A stretch of DNA of 64,000 nt from Octopus sinensis (GCF_006345805.1 NC_043012.1:10912001-10976000); one strand, 5' to 3'; shown: positions 36,749-50,226, numbered from the stretch's first letter. Notes: generated by a model from the letters alone, not told the origin. Numbers and translations: made by a program.

Positions 36749-38104
36749 TATTAGCAATTTGCCCACGATGCTATGAAAGTTATCCAACCCTACTAAAAAA
36801 ACAATTATAGCTTTCTACACCAACCTGTTTCCATTAATATACAAATACCTAATAATTCTGGCTGGAATCTCTTTATCAGTAATTGCAGTTCATAGTAAGA
36901 TCATAATAAAAATTAATATTTCTAAAGCAGGCAGACACAAGGCCAGAAATTGGAAGGAAGGATTTGTCAATTACATTCACATTAGTTCGTAACTGCTATT
37001 TCATTTTGCCGAACACTTAAGGATAAATGACAAAGTTGACAACACGAAAGTTGGCAACACGAGTTTGGGTTTGTGGATCGTTACGTGACAGAAACATCGA
37101 TATTTTCAGTTATAAACACATAGCAATCGAACTGTCAGCTTTTGCGTCTTCTAAGGGTACAGTCAAATGAAATCGCGCTCGCTAAAACGTACCCGCGATT
37201 TTAAAAGGGGCTAACACTAACTTAACTATTGTCTTTTCAAGCGAATGGTGTCTCTGAGTTGATAATGTTCTGACAATTACTGGGAGCCATTTTGTGTTAG
37301 TCACCACAGTTCGCAGTTTAAGCGACGGCTATCAGTATTCAAGGATAAAATAAAATTTAAGAAACAAAAAAACAAAAAGAAACGCATTTGGTTCGATGCT
37401 ATAAATTGCGGCATGCAACAACGACACAAAATGGAGTTGGAGGCGGTTTCACAGCTGAATAAACAAATAAACAAACGTTGGAGTGGATTCATTAAACAAC
37501 CAGAAATCGTTGTAACGCCGTCGTAAATTGGATTATTCATACACACACACGCAAACACACATGTACGTAAGTAGGATATGTATATATATATGTATATATA
37601 TATATAACGCTTTGGTGTTTTATTGTATTGCTGTTGGTGTAAAAGTAGGTGGGTAAATAGAGCTAATCTGCTCTGTCTGTGTCAATAATGGTTAATAATA
37701 ACAGAAAGAAATTCTTAAACAAATAAAGTCGACAGCCAACATGGACACCTACATTCTGGAGCTGTAGCCATGTTGCCAGGGAATAAAACGTTGATAGGAA
37801 GCAGAGAAAGTATCTCACAGAACATATCGTCAGTCACAGTGGTTCTCAACCATTTCTGGCTATTCGAGTTCAAATTCCACCGAGGTGGACTTTGCCCTTC
37901 ATCTTTTTGAGATCAATAAATAAAGTACTTGTTGAGCACTGGGGTCGATATAATCTACTTAGACCCTCTTCCAAACCTGCTAGCCTTGCGCCAAAATTTT
38001 GAAACCATTATGTTAGTGGTACTTTATATCATTGACCACAGAACGATGAACAGGTAAAGTTTATCTCGATGGATAGATGTGCTCAGAACATCAAAGAACA
38101 CCTA

Positions 38105-38320
38105 CATAATCCTTTCTACTAAAGGCACAAGGCCTGAAATTTTGGGGGAGCGGACTAATCGATTACAACGACCCCCAGTGCTTCACTAGTACTTAATTTA
38201 TCGACCCCGAAATGATGAAAGGCAAAGTCAGCCTCGACGGAATTTGAACTCAGAATGTAGAAACGGACGAAACGCCGCAAAGCGTTTTACCCAACGTGCT
38301 AACGATTCTGCCAGCTCGCT
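38105..38320 (-). mobile_element. SINE family B
   Basis: Reverse complement of head, core and alternative tail. Confidence 0.85.
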
Positions 38321-38344
38321 GCCATGCGGAACGCCTGAATAATA

Positions 38345-38930
38345 ATAATAATTAATTCGTTTTATTGGCCACAAGGGCTGACAAAAATCAATTAGAAACA
38401 TTTAGGGACAAAACAGGACGAAAAGTTACAAAGGGTTTTATCCGTTTGCAAAAAAATCCGTGTAAACATCAGTATAACAACGAAAATATGTAACAAATAG
38501 AACTCCCAATAGGGGGAGGCGCTTCGAAAGGTTACTCGTGGAAAAACCAATAAAAGCTACGGGAGCCTGGTCAAAAGGGGGGTAGAGAGCCCCTTTCTCC
38601 TTTTATATTTCCTTTTTATGTCACAGGTGTATCCTCAGAATTGGTCCGTTCATACTGGCCATTCTTGCGACATTCACCCACCTTTCAATAAACTTGCTAC
38701 GAGTCAGCACTTCCCTCTCTACTCTCATCTTCCATTTCATACGTTGTGTCACTCAGCACGCATTGATCCCATCTACTGAGTCGAAAATGAATCCCAGTCT
38801 AGTTCAGCCATATCTTCCTTCGCCTCCAGCAACCTCGATATGCCGTGCGAAGTCAAAGGTGAGGGGGCCGAGACAGAGTAACTTTGCTCGCAAGTATACG
38901 AGCACCTAAAACAATTAGCAAAAGTATTCG
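38345..38930 (-). mobile_element. L1/Tx1-like LINE 3' end
   Basis: MKWKMRVEREVLTRSKFIERWVNVARM, homologous to the C-terminus at 58464-58567; 3' UTR ends ccttgtggccaataaa + (ATT)n. Confidence 0.7.
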
Positions 38931-39305
38931 GTAATTCATATTCGCTTGCAGGTGTTGGCTACTGGTTTATTATTTTTTTAAATTAATTATACATGCAAAC
39001 GTATTATATAGGACATAGCCAATCTGTTATCACCACCAATTAATTTAATTACGTATGGCTAGAGTTTGCTCCAATTTCTCTAATTTCTTATTACTTGGAA
39101 GCCAATTTGTCAACAAGAGAAATTTATGAAAGAACGTCTCAACATTGGTTTTGTTAACATTGGTGAGAAAACTTCATTGAAAATTGCGGGAATAAATAGC
39201 TGTAATTTAATTCCGCACGGAAGTGTGCGTGCATGTATGCATACATATAGATATATATGTGTATACACACATACATACATGCATACATATATCTATCTAT
39301 CAAGC

Positions 39306-39360
<55 letters not shown>

Positions 39361-39361
39361 A

Positions 39362-39397
<36 letters not shown>

Positions 39398-39813
39398 TGT
39401 ATGTATGTATGTATGTATGTATGTATATGTGTGTGTGCGTATGTGTATGTATGTATATAATGGTTCATCCCTTATATAAAGGAACACATTCTAATTTCAC
39501 GCTACTCTTGCCTGTCGGTTCCTAGACATGTATTGAGTCACACCACTCGCATACATATCCGCACGCGCGGATGTTCACCTTATTTGCTTTGAGACATGTG
39601 GTTGGAAAATGTATTCATGTGATGTTACAAGCTTTTCTTTCAACGAACCTTGTATATTAACGCATTGCATCCAGTAATAAATATGTTATGACTTATTACA
39701 AACATTTTACAAATTCCTGTTTTCTTGTCGTTTACGTGCAAGATGTTGACCCCTCTTTCTCGCATGCAATTATAAAAATTATAGGATGCCACTTGCTGAC
39801 ATTCATAATAAAA

Positions 39814-39830
39814 TGGTAACCCCGACGTCA
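39814..39830 (+). promoter_or_regulatory. Primer-binding site complementary to tRNA-Trp 3' end
   Basis: TGGTAACCCCGACGTCA vs expected TGGTGACCCCGACGTGA (2 mismatches). Confidence 0.75.
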
Positions 39831-40490
39831 GAGCACGATAGCAGCTACAAAATAGGGAACCCGATTTTTGAATACGCAACCCACAGCACACGGTAAATCG
39901 ACTCCGTACTAAACTCTTCAAGGTAATTTCTACATTACTCTACCAGCACCTCTGATATTCTAGTTTTGAAATAATTTCGTGTCTTCCTCGCTTCATCTGC
40001 AGATAGAATAATGGAATTCTCTTACACACCCACTGCGGCTGATACGGTTATTGCTTCATCGTCTTCTCGACAACAACCTGATAATGATAATGGAGACGCC
40101 ACGTTGAAGGCTATCGATGGTTTAACGCGCCAAATAGCTTAATCCTGTAGTGTTAGACGGCGTTCGCGAAGCCGTTCTTTCTCTTCCCAACGACGTAATG
40201 CTTTTTCAACCAACAATTCTTCGGTGTGTTGGTACCACGCACGTTTTCAAGACAAGGCACGTTATTGTAACAAGCCTTGTGCTTTTAAAGTGTGGGAAAA
40301 CTGAACCTAGAGAGCCTGGGCACGTCAGACTTCTCTCACAACTTTGTAGCTAATTGTGATTTCTTCATTAGGGAGCTAGTCTCAAACAGGTCGTTCATGG
40401 TCGATACAGAATCAAATTGCAGTATTTTGCTATTACGGTTTAGCTCTAACAAGCTCTAACAAGCTACAGTTATCCAGTATTTCCTTACAC

Positions 40491-41455
40491 TTGAATTTCA
40501 TCTCGCAATATACCAGCGCCATTCGTCATATAGCTGGATATGCAAGCACACCTGCTGATGCATTATCCAGACTTCCTGTGTGTTTACTTTCGTCTCCTGC
40601 ACACATCAATTTGGTTGCTATCGCCGCAGGCCAACCTTCTTTGGACTCTTTGGACACTTCTTCCAACCAATATTCCTGTTGTAGATTTGAATACTTACCC
40701 CTTCCGTCTGCTGAAGGACGGACCCTTTGTGACATCTCTACCGGCTCACCTAGACCGCTTGTTCCACATCGTCATCAGCGTAGTACCGTTTTCGATGCTC
40801 TTCATTCCTTGTCGCATCCAGGCATAGCCGCCACGGTAAAGCTCATTACAGTCCGTTTCTTCTGGCCTAACATGCGCCGTATAATCACCAGTTGGACACG
40901 TTCTTGTTTGCAGTGTCAACGCACCAAGGTCCATTGACATGTTCGGGCTCCTCTCGGAAAATTCAGCCCACCGGACGCTCGTGTCCGTCAAGTCCACATC
41001 GACATTGTTGGACCCTGGCCCGTTAGTCGCGATTTCACGAGCATCTTGACTTGCATCGATCGTTTCTCTCGATGGCCTGAAACCATACCTCTGACTGACA
41101 TCACAGCCGAATCCGTCGCCCTGGCGTTCATTTCCAATTGGGTAGCGCGTTTTGGTGTCCCATCTAAAATAACCACTGGTAGGGGACGCCAGTTCGAAGC
41201 TTCTTTATTCTGTAAAATATCACGACTCTTGGCTGCTCATCGAATTCATACAAGTTATCACCCAGCTTCCAATGGAATGGTAGAACGATTCCACAGACAT
41301 TTTAAAGCTGCACTACGCGCTACTCCTGATCCGCAACGTTGGACCGAATTCCTACGAATTGGTCTTCTTGATTGCCGTTCCGCTGTTAAGACAGATTTGG
41401 GTTTCTACTCAGCCGAACTTCTTTACGGCACCACCTTGATGCTTCCCGGTCAAAT
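40491..41455 (+). pseudogene. Gypsy pol relic: RNaseH end, HHCC zinc finger, integrase core
   Basis: ADALSR; HSLSHPGI...CLQC; HIDIVGP; TCIDRFSRWPE; SYHPASNGMVERFHR; internal stop and frameshift. Confidence 0.92.
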
Positions 41456-41482
41456 GTGTATGTGTGTATATATATATATATA

Positions 41483-41529
<47 letters not shown>

Positions 41530-41575
41530 ATATATATATATATAATATATATATATATGTGTGTGTGTGTGTATA

Positions 41576-41617
<42 letters not shown>

Positions 41618-42118
41618 CATATGTATGTATGTACGTATGAATATATATATATATACACACCTATACATATACATATATACATATATACAATAAAAGAAAT
41701 GACTTGGGCACTGGCTTGGTACTCCTTTATTTCAATAGTTACATGTTTCATATGTGTGTGTGTGTGTGTGTGTGTGTATAAATGTATGAAGGTAAGTAGG
41801 TATATAGGCAGGTAGGTAGGCAGGTGGGTACGTGGGTACGTGGGTAGGTAGGGAGAAAGGTAGGTAGATATACATACATATTCATATATATTTGTGTGTG
41901 TATTTGCATGTAAATACACACACATTCACATATTTAAATACGCGTGAATGTGTGTGTGTGTGTGTGTGTGTTTGCGCATGCGTGTGTAAATGCGTGACTG
42001 CGCGTGATTAGATCACATTAACAAGCGGAATCGATAATCCCCCATCTTCAGTTTCAAACAGAATATGCTTAAAGAAACCAAACCTTAGCAACTGATCGTA
42101 TCCAAGCTGTTGCCAAGG

Positions 42119-42186
42119 TATTATCGTCATCGTCGTCATCGTCGTCGTCGTCATCGTCGTCGTCGTCGTCGTCGTCATCGTCATCG

Positions 42187-42237
<51 letters not shown>

Positions 42238-42529
42238 CCATCGCCGTTGTCGTCTTGATATCCATCAAAATCACCATCGTCTTCGTCATCATCGTCATCA
42301 TCCTCATCATATCCTCATCGTCATCGTCATCGTCATCATCATCATCATCATCATCATCATCGTCATCGTCATCATCGTCATCATCCTCATCATCATCGTC
42401 ATCATCATCATCATCATCATCATCGTCATCATCATCATCATCGTCATCATCGTCATCATCACCATCATCCTCATCATCATTGTCGTCGTCGTCGTCGTCG
42501 TCATCATCGTCACATCATCATCATCATCG

Positions 42530-42563
<34 letters not shown>

Positions 42564-42670
42564 TATCGTCATCATCATCGTCACCATCATCATCATCATC
42601 ATCACCATCATCATCACCATCATCATCACCATCGTCGTCGTCGTCGGTGGCGGCGTCGTCATCACCATCA
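42119..42670. repeat. (CAT)n/(CGT)n trinucleotide array
   Basis: Direct reading. Confidence 0.95.
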
Positions 42671-42997
42671 TTATTGTTCCAAGTATTTTACTGGATTGTT
42701 TTTACTCTTTTGTTCATTTGTTTTGTTTGTTTTTGCTGTCTTCTGTTAATTTTGTGAATGTTGAGAGAGATTTACATGTGGAGTGTGTGTGTGTATTAGT
42801 GTGTATGTGCGCAAAGACAGGTTGATTGGAGGGAAGGGGAGAGGGGGGGATGAAGTGAGGGAAGGAAGGAAGGAAGGAAGGAATGGTGCATGGTGTGTTA
42901 ATGTTGTTGAGTAGGAGAATTGGTTGTAGTTGATATTTGAAGAGGAGGAGGGGAAGAAGAAGAAGAAGAAGAAGAAGAAGAAGAAGAAGAAGAAGAA

Positions 42998-43029
<32 letters not shown>

Positions 43030-43350
43030 AGAACGAGAGAAACAGAAGAGGTACCACGACAAAGGATGAGCAAGAAAGAGGGAGATGAGTGAGAAGTGGG
43101 GAAAAAAAGACTGAGAGAGAGGAAGAAGCTGAAGAGGAAAAAAGGTGTTAGTAAGAGAATATATGAGAGAGAGAGAGAGAGAGACTGAGAGACAGAGAGA
43201 GACTGAGAGACAGAGAGAGACTGAGAGACAGAGAGAGAGAGACAGAGACTGAGTGTGTGTGCGCGCGTATGTAAATGTGTGCGTTCAGATTCACAATGAA
43301 GACGCTAAAGTAATTTGATGACTTTTTTTAAAAAGTACTTTTAAAAAGTA

Positions 43351-43757
43351 GGAGTGGCTGTGTGGTAAGTAGCTTGCTTAACAACCACATGGTTCCGGGT
43401 TCAGTCCCACTACGTGACATCTTGGGCAAGTATCTTCTACTATAGCCCCGGGCCGACCAATGCCTTGTGAGTGGATTTGGTAGACGGAAACTGAAAGAAG
43501 CCTGTCGTCTATATGTATATATATATGTGTGTGTGTGTTTGTGTGTCTGTGTTTGTCTCCCTAGCATTGCTTGACAACCGATGCTGGTGTGTTTACGTTC
43601 GGCAAAAGTGACCGATAGAATAAGTACTAGGCTTACAAAGAATAAGCCCCGGGGTAGATTTGCTCGACTAAAGGCGGTGCTCCAGCATGGCCGCAGTCAA
43701 ATGACTGAAACAAGTAAAAGAGTAAAAGAGTAAAGAGTAAAAGAGTAAAAGAGAGTA
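43351..43757 (+). mobile_element. SINE family A, near full length
   Basis: Colinear with 3932-4348; (GAGTAAAA)n tail. Confidence 0.92.
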
Positions 43758-44149
43758 CTGTAAGAGATTTCTTGCTTCTCATTTTAACATTGTTGCTTAC
43801 AAGTTGTTGCTGTTATTATTTAACCTCAAGATAGCTTTGATCGAGCAAACATTATGATGAAGAACGTTCCAGACTTGACCATCATACCTCTTGTATATCA
43901 GGAATTATATTCTCCAACGCATTTCTTTATCTTTTGAGAAAATTTTCCCTCAATTTCAGTTATTTGGTCGTATGTGAGTTATCTCCCTTCTTTTACGCTT
44001 TAACCCACACTCCTTTCCAGGAAGTTTTTCGCAGCTAATAACTTGAATTAATATCAGCTGATCGAAATTTCACAGTTCTCTATTGGACCCCATCATCACT
44101 ATTCTTATTTAGTGTGTCGAAGACTCCTTTGTCGAATAGATTCCTTCGA

Positions 44150-44848
44150 AGTAAGCATCCGTCGGTTTCGAGAGACCATGAATCTGCGCCCGAAGAATTC
44201 GTGTCAGCTGGTGATGGTGGTTGAGCGAACGGTCTTCGTCCCGTCTGTAGTGGGAGAAGTCCGAAACGTGGTCCTTTTGCTATTCGTAAGAACCGCAGAA
44301 GAGAAAGCAGGTCAACCCTCGACACCGAGAGCATCGACGGATGGATGAATGCACATCCAGGCTCAGCGGTTACGTAGGAAGTCGGGGACAAGAAACAGGA
44401 AGAAAGAGTGAGAGAAAGTTGGGGCGAAAGAGTACAACCAGGGTTCGCCACCCCCACCCCCCTGCCGGAGCCTCGTGAGGCTTTTAGGTGTTTTCGCTCA
44501 ATAAACACACACACAACGCCCGGTCTGGGAATCGAAACCACGATCCTCCGACCGCGAGTTCGCTGCCCTAACCATTGGGCCATTGCGGCTCCGCTGATGG
44601 TGGTTCAGTGTCTGTTGTGGCTGTATAGGCCCACATGGGAGTGGAAGTCACGCATACGGCGACTGCATTTGAAGGAGTTCTCTTCCTTCCATCGAGTGCG
44701 CTTTTCTTTGATGGTGAGTTCCTTTTTTTCATCCCTTCGCTTCATCCCCTTTCGCAGTATCTGTCTCCAGTGTGGGCGATCATTTGCAACCACCTCCTAT
44801 CTCAGGACGTTCAGATCAAGCGACTTCAGATTCCTTCGCATTATATCT
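44150..44848 (-). mobile_element. RTE/BovB-like LINE 3' end split by a SINE insertion
   Basis: DIMRRNLKSLD...WRQILRKG...FKCSRRMRDFHSHVGLYSHNRH*; tail gtctctcgaaaccgacggatgc at 44150-44180. Confidence 0.8.
44223..44594 (-). mobile_element. SINE family C variant with 11-bp TSD
   Basis: tgatggtggtt at 44212-44222 and 44595-44605; family C head but different 3' half from 60901. Confidence 0.85.
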
Positions 44849-44852
44849 AATA

Positions 44853-45221
44853 CTAGCACTATGATCCGGCAACACCGGGTCATAGTGCTAGTGCATGCAT
44901 ACACAGCTGCGTGCGTGCGCACATACACGCGAGTACTGTCCAAATCTCCGACCAATCACATACAGCTAGCTGGCATTCAATTGGCGTATCAAGTTTCGGG
45001 CATTTTGATTGGGTTTTGGACAGAAAATTCACAAAAAGGTCACTTCTATTGATTTTTTTAATGGCTTTGTGGGGTGACTGGGGAAATGTAAAGATGTGCA
45101 CGACCACCCTTGGACGGTTTTAAATGACCATAGAAAGTGAGAGCCCTCTAACTGAAAAATTGTGGATTTGTATAAAGGACACACACACACACACACATTT
45201 TGCCGTTTATAAATATAGAGA
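44853..45221 (-). mobile_element. Non-autonomous Helitron (second family)
   Basis: Minus: A|TCTCTATATTTATAAA start, CTAG|T end; 41-nt hairpin 44852-44892. Confidence 0.8.
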
Positions 45222-45509
45222 TGTCCTTCCTTTTTAAGACAGAAACTAACGTCTTGAGGTAAGTTTCACTGCTATATCTAGCACGCCGATCAGATACAAA
45301 AGAGGTTCTTTCTGACGATAGCAAATAATGGTGTAAGTAGTGATGGCGGTGGTGGCGGCGGCAACAATGCTGATGGTGATGGTGGTGGTGGTGGTGGTGC
45401 TGGTGGTGGCGGCAACGATGCTGATAGTGGTGGTGGTGGTGTTGGTGGTGGTGGTGGTGATGGTTATGTTAGTATTTGATGTTTTTGCTTGACAATAGCC
45501 TTCTGTTCT

Positions 45510-46110
45510 GTTGTGTATGTATGTATGTATGTATGTATGTATGTATGTGTGTATGTATGTGTGTATGTATGTATGTGTGTATGTATGTATGTATGTATGT
45601 ATGTATGTATGTATGTGTGTATGTATGTATGTGTGTATGTATGTGTGTATATGTGTATGTATGTATGTATGTGTGTATGTATGTGTGTATGTATGTGTGT
45701 ATGTATGTGTGTATGTATGTATGTGTGTATGTATGTATGTATGTATGTGTGTATGTATATGTGTATGTATGTGTGTATGTATGTGTGTATGTATGTATGT
45801 ATGTATGTATGTGTGTATGTATGTATGTATGTGTATGTATGTATGTATGTGTGTATGTATGTATGTATGTGTGTATGTATGTATGTATGTATGTATGTGT
45901 GTATGTATGTGTGTATGTATGTATGTATGTATGTATGTATGTATGTATGTATGTGTGTATGTATGTATGTATGTGTGTATGTGTGTATGTATGTTTGTGT
46001 GTGTATGTATGTATGTATGTATGTATGTGTGTTTATGTGTACATTTGCGTTTGTGTATGTATGTGTGTATATAAATATATATACGTACATATACACGCTT
46101 GTATGTATGT
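45510..46110. repeat. (TATG)n/(TG)n compound microsatellite
   Basis: Direct reading; similar arrays at 32520, 54450, 59895, 61595, 62220. Confidence 0.95.
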
Positions 46111-46233
46111 AACTCTAGACAGCTTTATAAAAGGCAGTGGGGGGAGTTGAGGGGTGAAGTGAGAGGTCTGCTAAATGTTAATGGTTGAGAATGTGGAAGT
46201 ATGAATGTATGTGTGTATGGGTGTTTTATGCGC

Positions 46234-46295
<62 letters not shown>

Positions 46296-46714
46296 ATGCA
46301 TGTGTGCGTGCGTGCGTGCGTGTGTGTGCGAATGGAGAACGGCAGAGAAGTTGGTGAGATAAGAAGTGTGTGGCTGGCTGCAGAAGAAACGAATCCGGAT
46401 AACGTTATAAATAGGTAAACCGGGTAGACATGAACCAACCAGCCAGCCAACCAGCCAACCAGCCAACAGCCACCCTGCTACCCAACCAACCAACCAACCA
46501 ACCAACCAACCATCTAATCAGCCAACCACCTAACCGACCGACCAACCAGCCAGCCGTCCGACCAACTGACCAACCAGCCAGCCAATCAATTCACTCAAAC
46601 GTTTCCTTCCTTTTCTCTTTCTGCCTCCCCTTCCCTCTTTCTGTCCTTCCATGCCCTCACCCTTCCACAAACCCTCCACAGCAGATCGATATTGTTTCAT
46701 TAATATTTACTCTC

Positions 46715-46930
46715 TTTACTCTTTCACTTGTTTCAGTCATTTGACTGCGGCCATGCTGGAGCACCGCCTTTTTTTTACAGTCGAGCAAATCGACCCCAGC
46801 CAGGACTTATTCCTTGTTAGTCTAGTACTTATTCTATCGGTCACTTTTGCCGAACCGCTAAGTTACGGGGGACTAAACACACCAGCATCGGTTGTCAAGC
46901 GATGTTGGGGGAACAAACACAGACACACAA

Positions 46931-47012
<82 letters not shown>

Positions 47013-47135
47013 CATACATATATACGACGGGCTTCTTTCAGTTTCCGTCTACCAAATCCACTCACAATGCTTTGGTCGGCCTCAGGCTATAGCAGAAGAC
47101 ACTTGCCCAAGGTGCCACGCAGTGGGACTGAACCC
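46715..47135 (-). mobile_element. SINE family A, 5'-truncated
   Basis: Reverse-complement match. Confidence 0.88.
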
Positions 47136-47312
47136 ATATGATTTCAAAAATAATTCGAAGGGGTGGGGGAACTGGAGATTGATTATATCGATCCAGTAGT
47201 ACATCACCGGTACTTATTCTATCGATCATGACATTGATACTGATTTCTAAAATAAAGCCAGAGGGAGACACGTGAACAAGAGACAAAACTTGTTACTCCA
47301 TATACAAATATA

Positions 47313-47891
47313 GCTAAAGGGGATGAGGGGTGGTCCATCTCGGACTAAAGGGGACGAGGATTAGTCCATTTCGAGCGAAAGAGGACGAGGGTGTGGTACA
47401 CTTTGGGCTAAAGGGGACGTGAAATGGTTCATTTCGAGCTAAAGGGAACTAAAGGTGGTTCATCTCAAGCTAAAGGAGTCAAGAAGTGATCAATTTCGGG
47501 TGAAAGGGGTGAGGGGTGGTTTATCTTGGACTAAAGGAGACGAGGGGGTGATCCATTTCGGGTTAAAGGGGGCGAGGAGTGGTCCATCTTGGGCTAAAGG
47601 AGTACGAGGCGTGGTTCACCTTGCGCCAAAGGGGACAAGGGGCAATCCATTCCGATTAAAGGAAACGAAAGGTCGTCAATTTCGAGCTAAAGGTGGTTCA
47701 AATGGGCTAAAGGTGACGAGGGGCAGTCCATCCCGGGCTAAAGGGGACGAAGGTAGGTCCATCTCGAGCTAAAGGGGACGAGGGGTGGTCCACCTTGTGC
47801 TAAAGGAGACGTGGAGTGGCCCATTCTGAGCTAAAAGGAATGAAAGGTGGGCCATTTCAGGCTAAAGAGGACGAGGGGTGGTCCATCTCAG
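47313..47891. repeat. Diverged 31-bp minisatellite, ~18-19 units
   Basis: Consensus GCTAAAGGGGACGAGGGGTGGTCCATYTCGR. Confidence 0.92.
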
Positions 47892-48774
47892 GCGGTAGCT
47901 TTTGAAGAGTAGCGCTTTATATGTTCTGTTCCGTGTGTTTTTGTGGAAAATGGGACGGTAAATTTTGCTTTTCGCCTTTCCAGGATCGATAAAAAAAAAG
48001 GTATCACTCCAAGGCAATGGATTGGTGAATCTGCAAGGACCAGATGCCTTGAAGTATTTGATCCAGATGTTTGCGTTCTGAGTTCAAATCCCGCTAAGAC
48101 CTTCGTGAAGGGTAGCGTTAACCTATCACCTGGTTTAACACCACCTGTCATTTGGGTGCCTTTAGAAGATTCTCTACCCTGCTACAAGTATTTCGGTCAG
48201 GTTTTTGTTTTGAGGATCCCTTCCTCACTCTCTCCTCTTACTGCCCACCCTTCAGTCCCTGAGACACTGTAATGGACACTGCCTTCCCTCCTGACTAACA
48301 GATAGCAAAATAAATAAATATAAACTGAAGGTTCTCCGCTTGACAACGGTTGTTGTTATGCTTACGTCCACTTAACGAAGCGGTTCGGCAAAAAAGACTG
48401 GTAGAACAAGTACCAGGTTTTTTTAAAAATAAAGTACTTGTAACAATTCATTCGAGTAAAAATCTTTCAAGGCGTTGCCCCAGCATGGCCGCGGTCTAAT
48501 GACTGAAACAATATATATATATAGATGTATATATATATATATATATATATATACGCGCGCGCGCACGCACACGCACACACACACATATACATATATTGAT
48601 TGATTGATTGATTGACTGATTGATTGATTGATTAATTACGGGTATAATTATAATCCTGGCGATTGCCTCATCAGCACAATATATAGCGTAGTATTCTAAG
48701 GAAAATCAGCGATACTCTGTTAAATACAAAGAAGAGCACTTAATAATAATAATTATAATGATAATAATAATACT

Positions 48775-49330
48775 GATGCAGTACCAGGCAGTGGTTCTCA
48801 TGGCTTCTGATCTTAACTGATTGGAAGTGTTATCATGTACATTGTTTTGTCTTGGTATAAAAGATGGACTACAGCAAATATTCTGCTCAGTACCACAGGC
48901 TTGCTTGTCAGTTGTTTGACCTTAACCAGTTGAGCTTGTCCCTTAGTGGCTGACAATATGTGCATCTCCGATCGCGAGCAGAAGTAGTGGGGGAGCATCA
49001 TAGGCATGTGTTGAGAGGGATTCTTGGAGGTTTGGATAATTCACCTCTGGAAACTTGGGTGGTTCGTTCAACATCCTTAAACAATCCTTATTCAGGGACC
49101 TTTTGAGCGGGATGGGCTACTCGACCTGAAGAAAATTCTAACTGGGCCCCACCTGCAAGGTCATGCGCTGTTTATCTTGATATGAGATCACCATGTCGCG
49201 CACATATGGTTGTGATGCATGTGCCTGGTGTACCCTTATCAGATGGGTAGTCATGATGGGTATACTAGGCTTTGTATATTTTACCCCAGTGTCACTTTGA
49301 TGGCATGCATTGCTCTTTCACGCAATAATA
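48775..49330 (+). repeat. Dispersed repeat family E, longer copy with (AAT)n tail
   Basis: Matches 23236-23693 in reverse orientation. Confidence 0.85.
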
Positions 49331-50226
49331 ATAGTATTTAAATGAGGAAAGGAGATGAATTCTGTAGATGAATTATTTTTTATTTCATATCTGATGCAAT
49401 GTAATGTGAGGTATTCAATACATAGAAATATATGATAATATTATCATAGTTCGTTCCCTTTCTCAGATATCTTGATATGTAAACACGATCATCGTTTGAA
49501 ATAAACCTGCGATGCAGGAATTATTTCTATCACATTTCTGGCATATTAATAGCACACAAACTGACCGAATACTTAAAGCCCTCGTTTGAAATATAATATA
49601 AGATTTAAGTCAATTAATCGTAGCGAAAGATATAAAAGAACATCAAAATAAAGTCAAAATAAAGGAAATTATTATATAAATCAGAGTGTTTTCCATAGAA
49701 GGACATAAAGCCATTTCTATGAGCACTTTTGGCGACGTTAAACAGTTGGAACAAACGGGCGAATAAAAGAATGTCTATACTGTAAACCCACCAATCCTGC
49801 TATTCACACATTCACACTTTTACTCCACATTCACACATATTCATGAGGTTTGTTCCATAGTTTGGTCATTCCATGCTCCGATCTGATATACATTCATCTT
49901 CCGAAATTTTTACTCCATCATTGATCACACTTGCAAACGATTTATTGAATTCAGAAAGCATTTATCTGGCGATATTTTTGTTTGATTTTTTTCCTTCATA
50001 TCTATATGCACTGAAAATACAAGCAATTACCGTACACCTCGGCCATAATTATCGTTCGTCCAAAATATTATTACATATTGTATTCCCATCTTTAATATTT
50101 TCAACCACCATTAAAATTGCGAACCAAAGCGAATGCCTATGTATAGTTGCTTGACCTGCTAAAAACAGCTGTCAATTGTCACTCAAAACATATCAGGAAG
50201 TGACGACTTAGATATTTATTTTTAAA

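Larger units (their letters stand above)
39520..41455 (+). mobile_element. Degenerate Ty3/Gypsy LTR retrotransposon lacking RT, 3'-truncated
   Basis: LTR-like segment, PBS at 39814, gag-like LASSADRIME / LKAIDGLTRQIA, protease-like FMVDTESNCSI (~40358-40430), RNaseH end and integrase. LTR start approximate. Confidence 0.8.

Noticed and set aside
44245-44273. CTGTAGTG-GGA..TCC-GAAACGTGGTC hammerhead-like string
   Set aside because: Two core mismatches and no stem I.
47313-47891. CRISPR-like periodicity
   Set aside because: Contiguous tandem units with no unique spacers, no cas genes, eukaryotic context.
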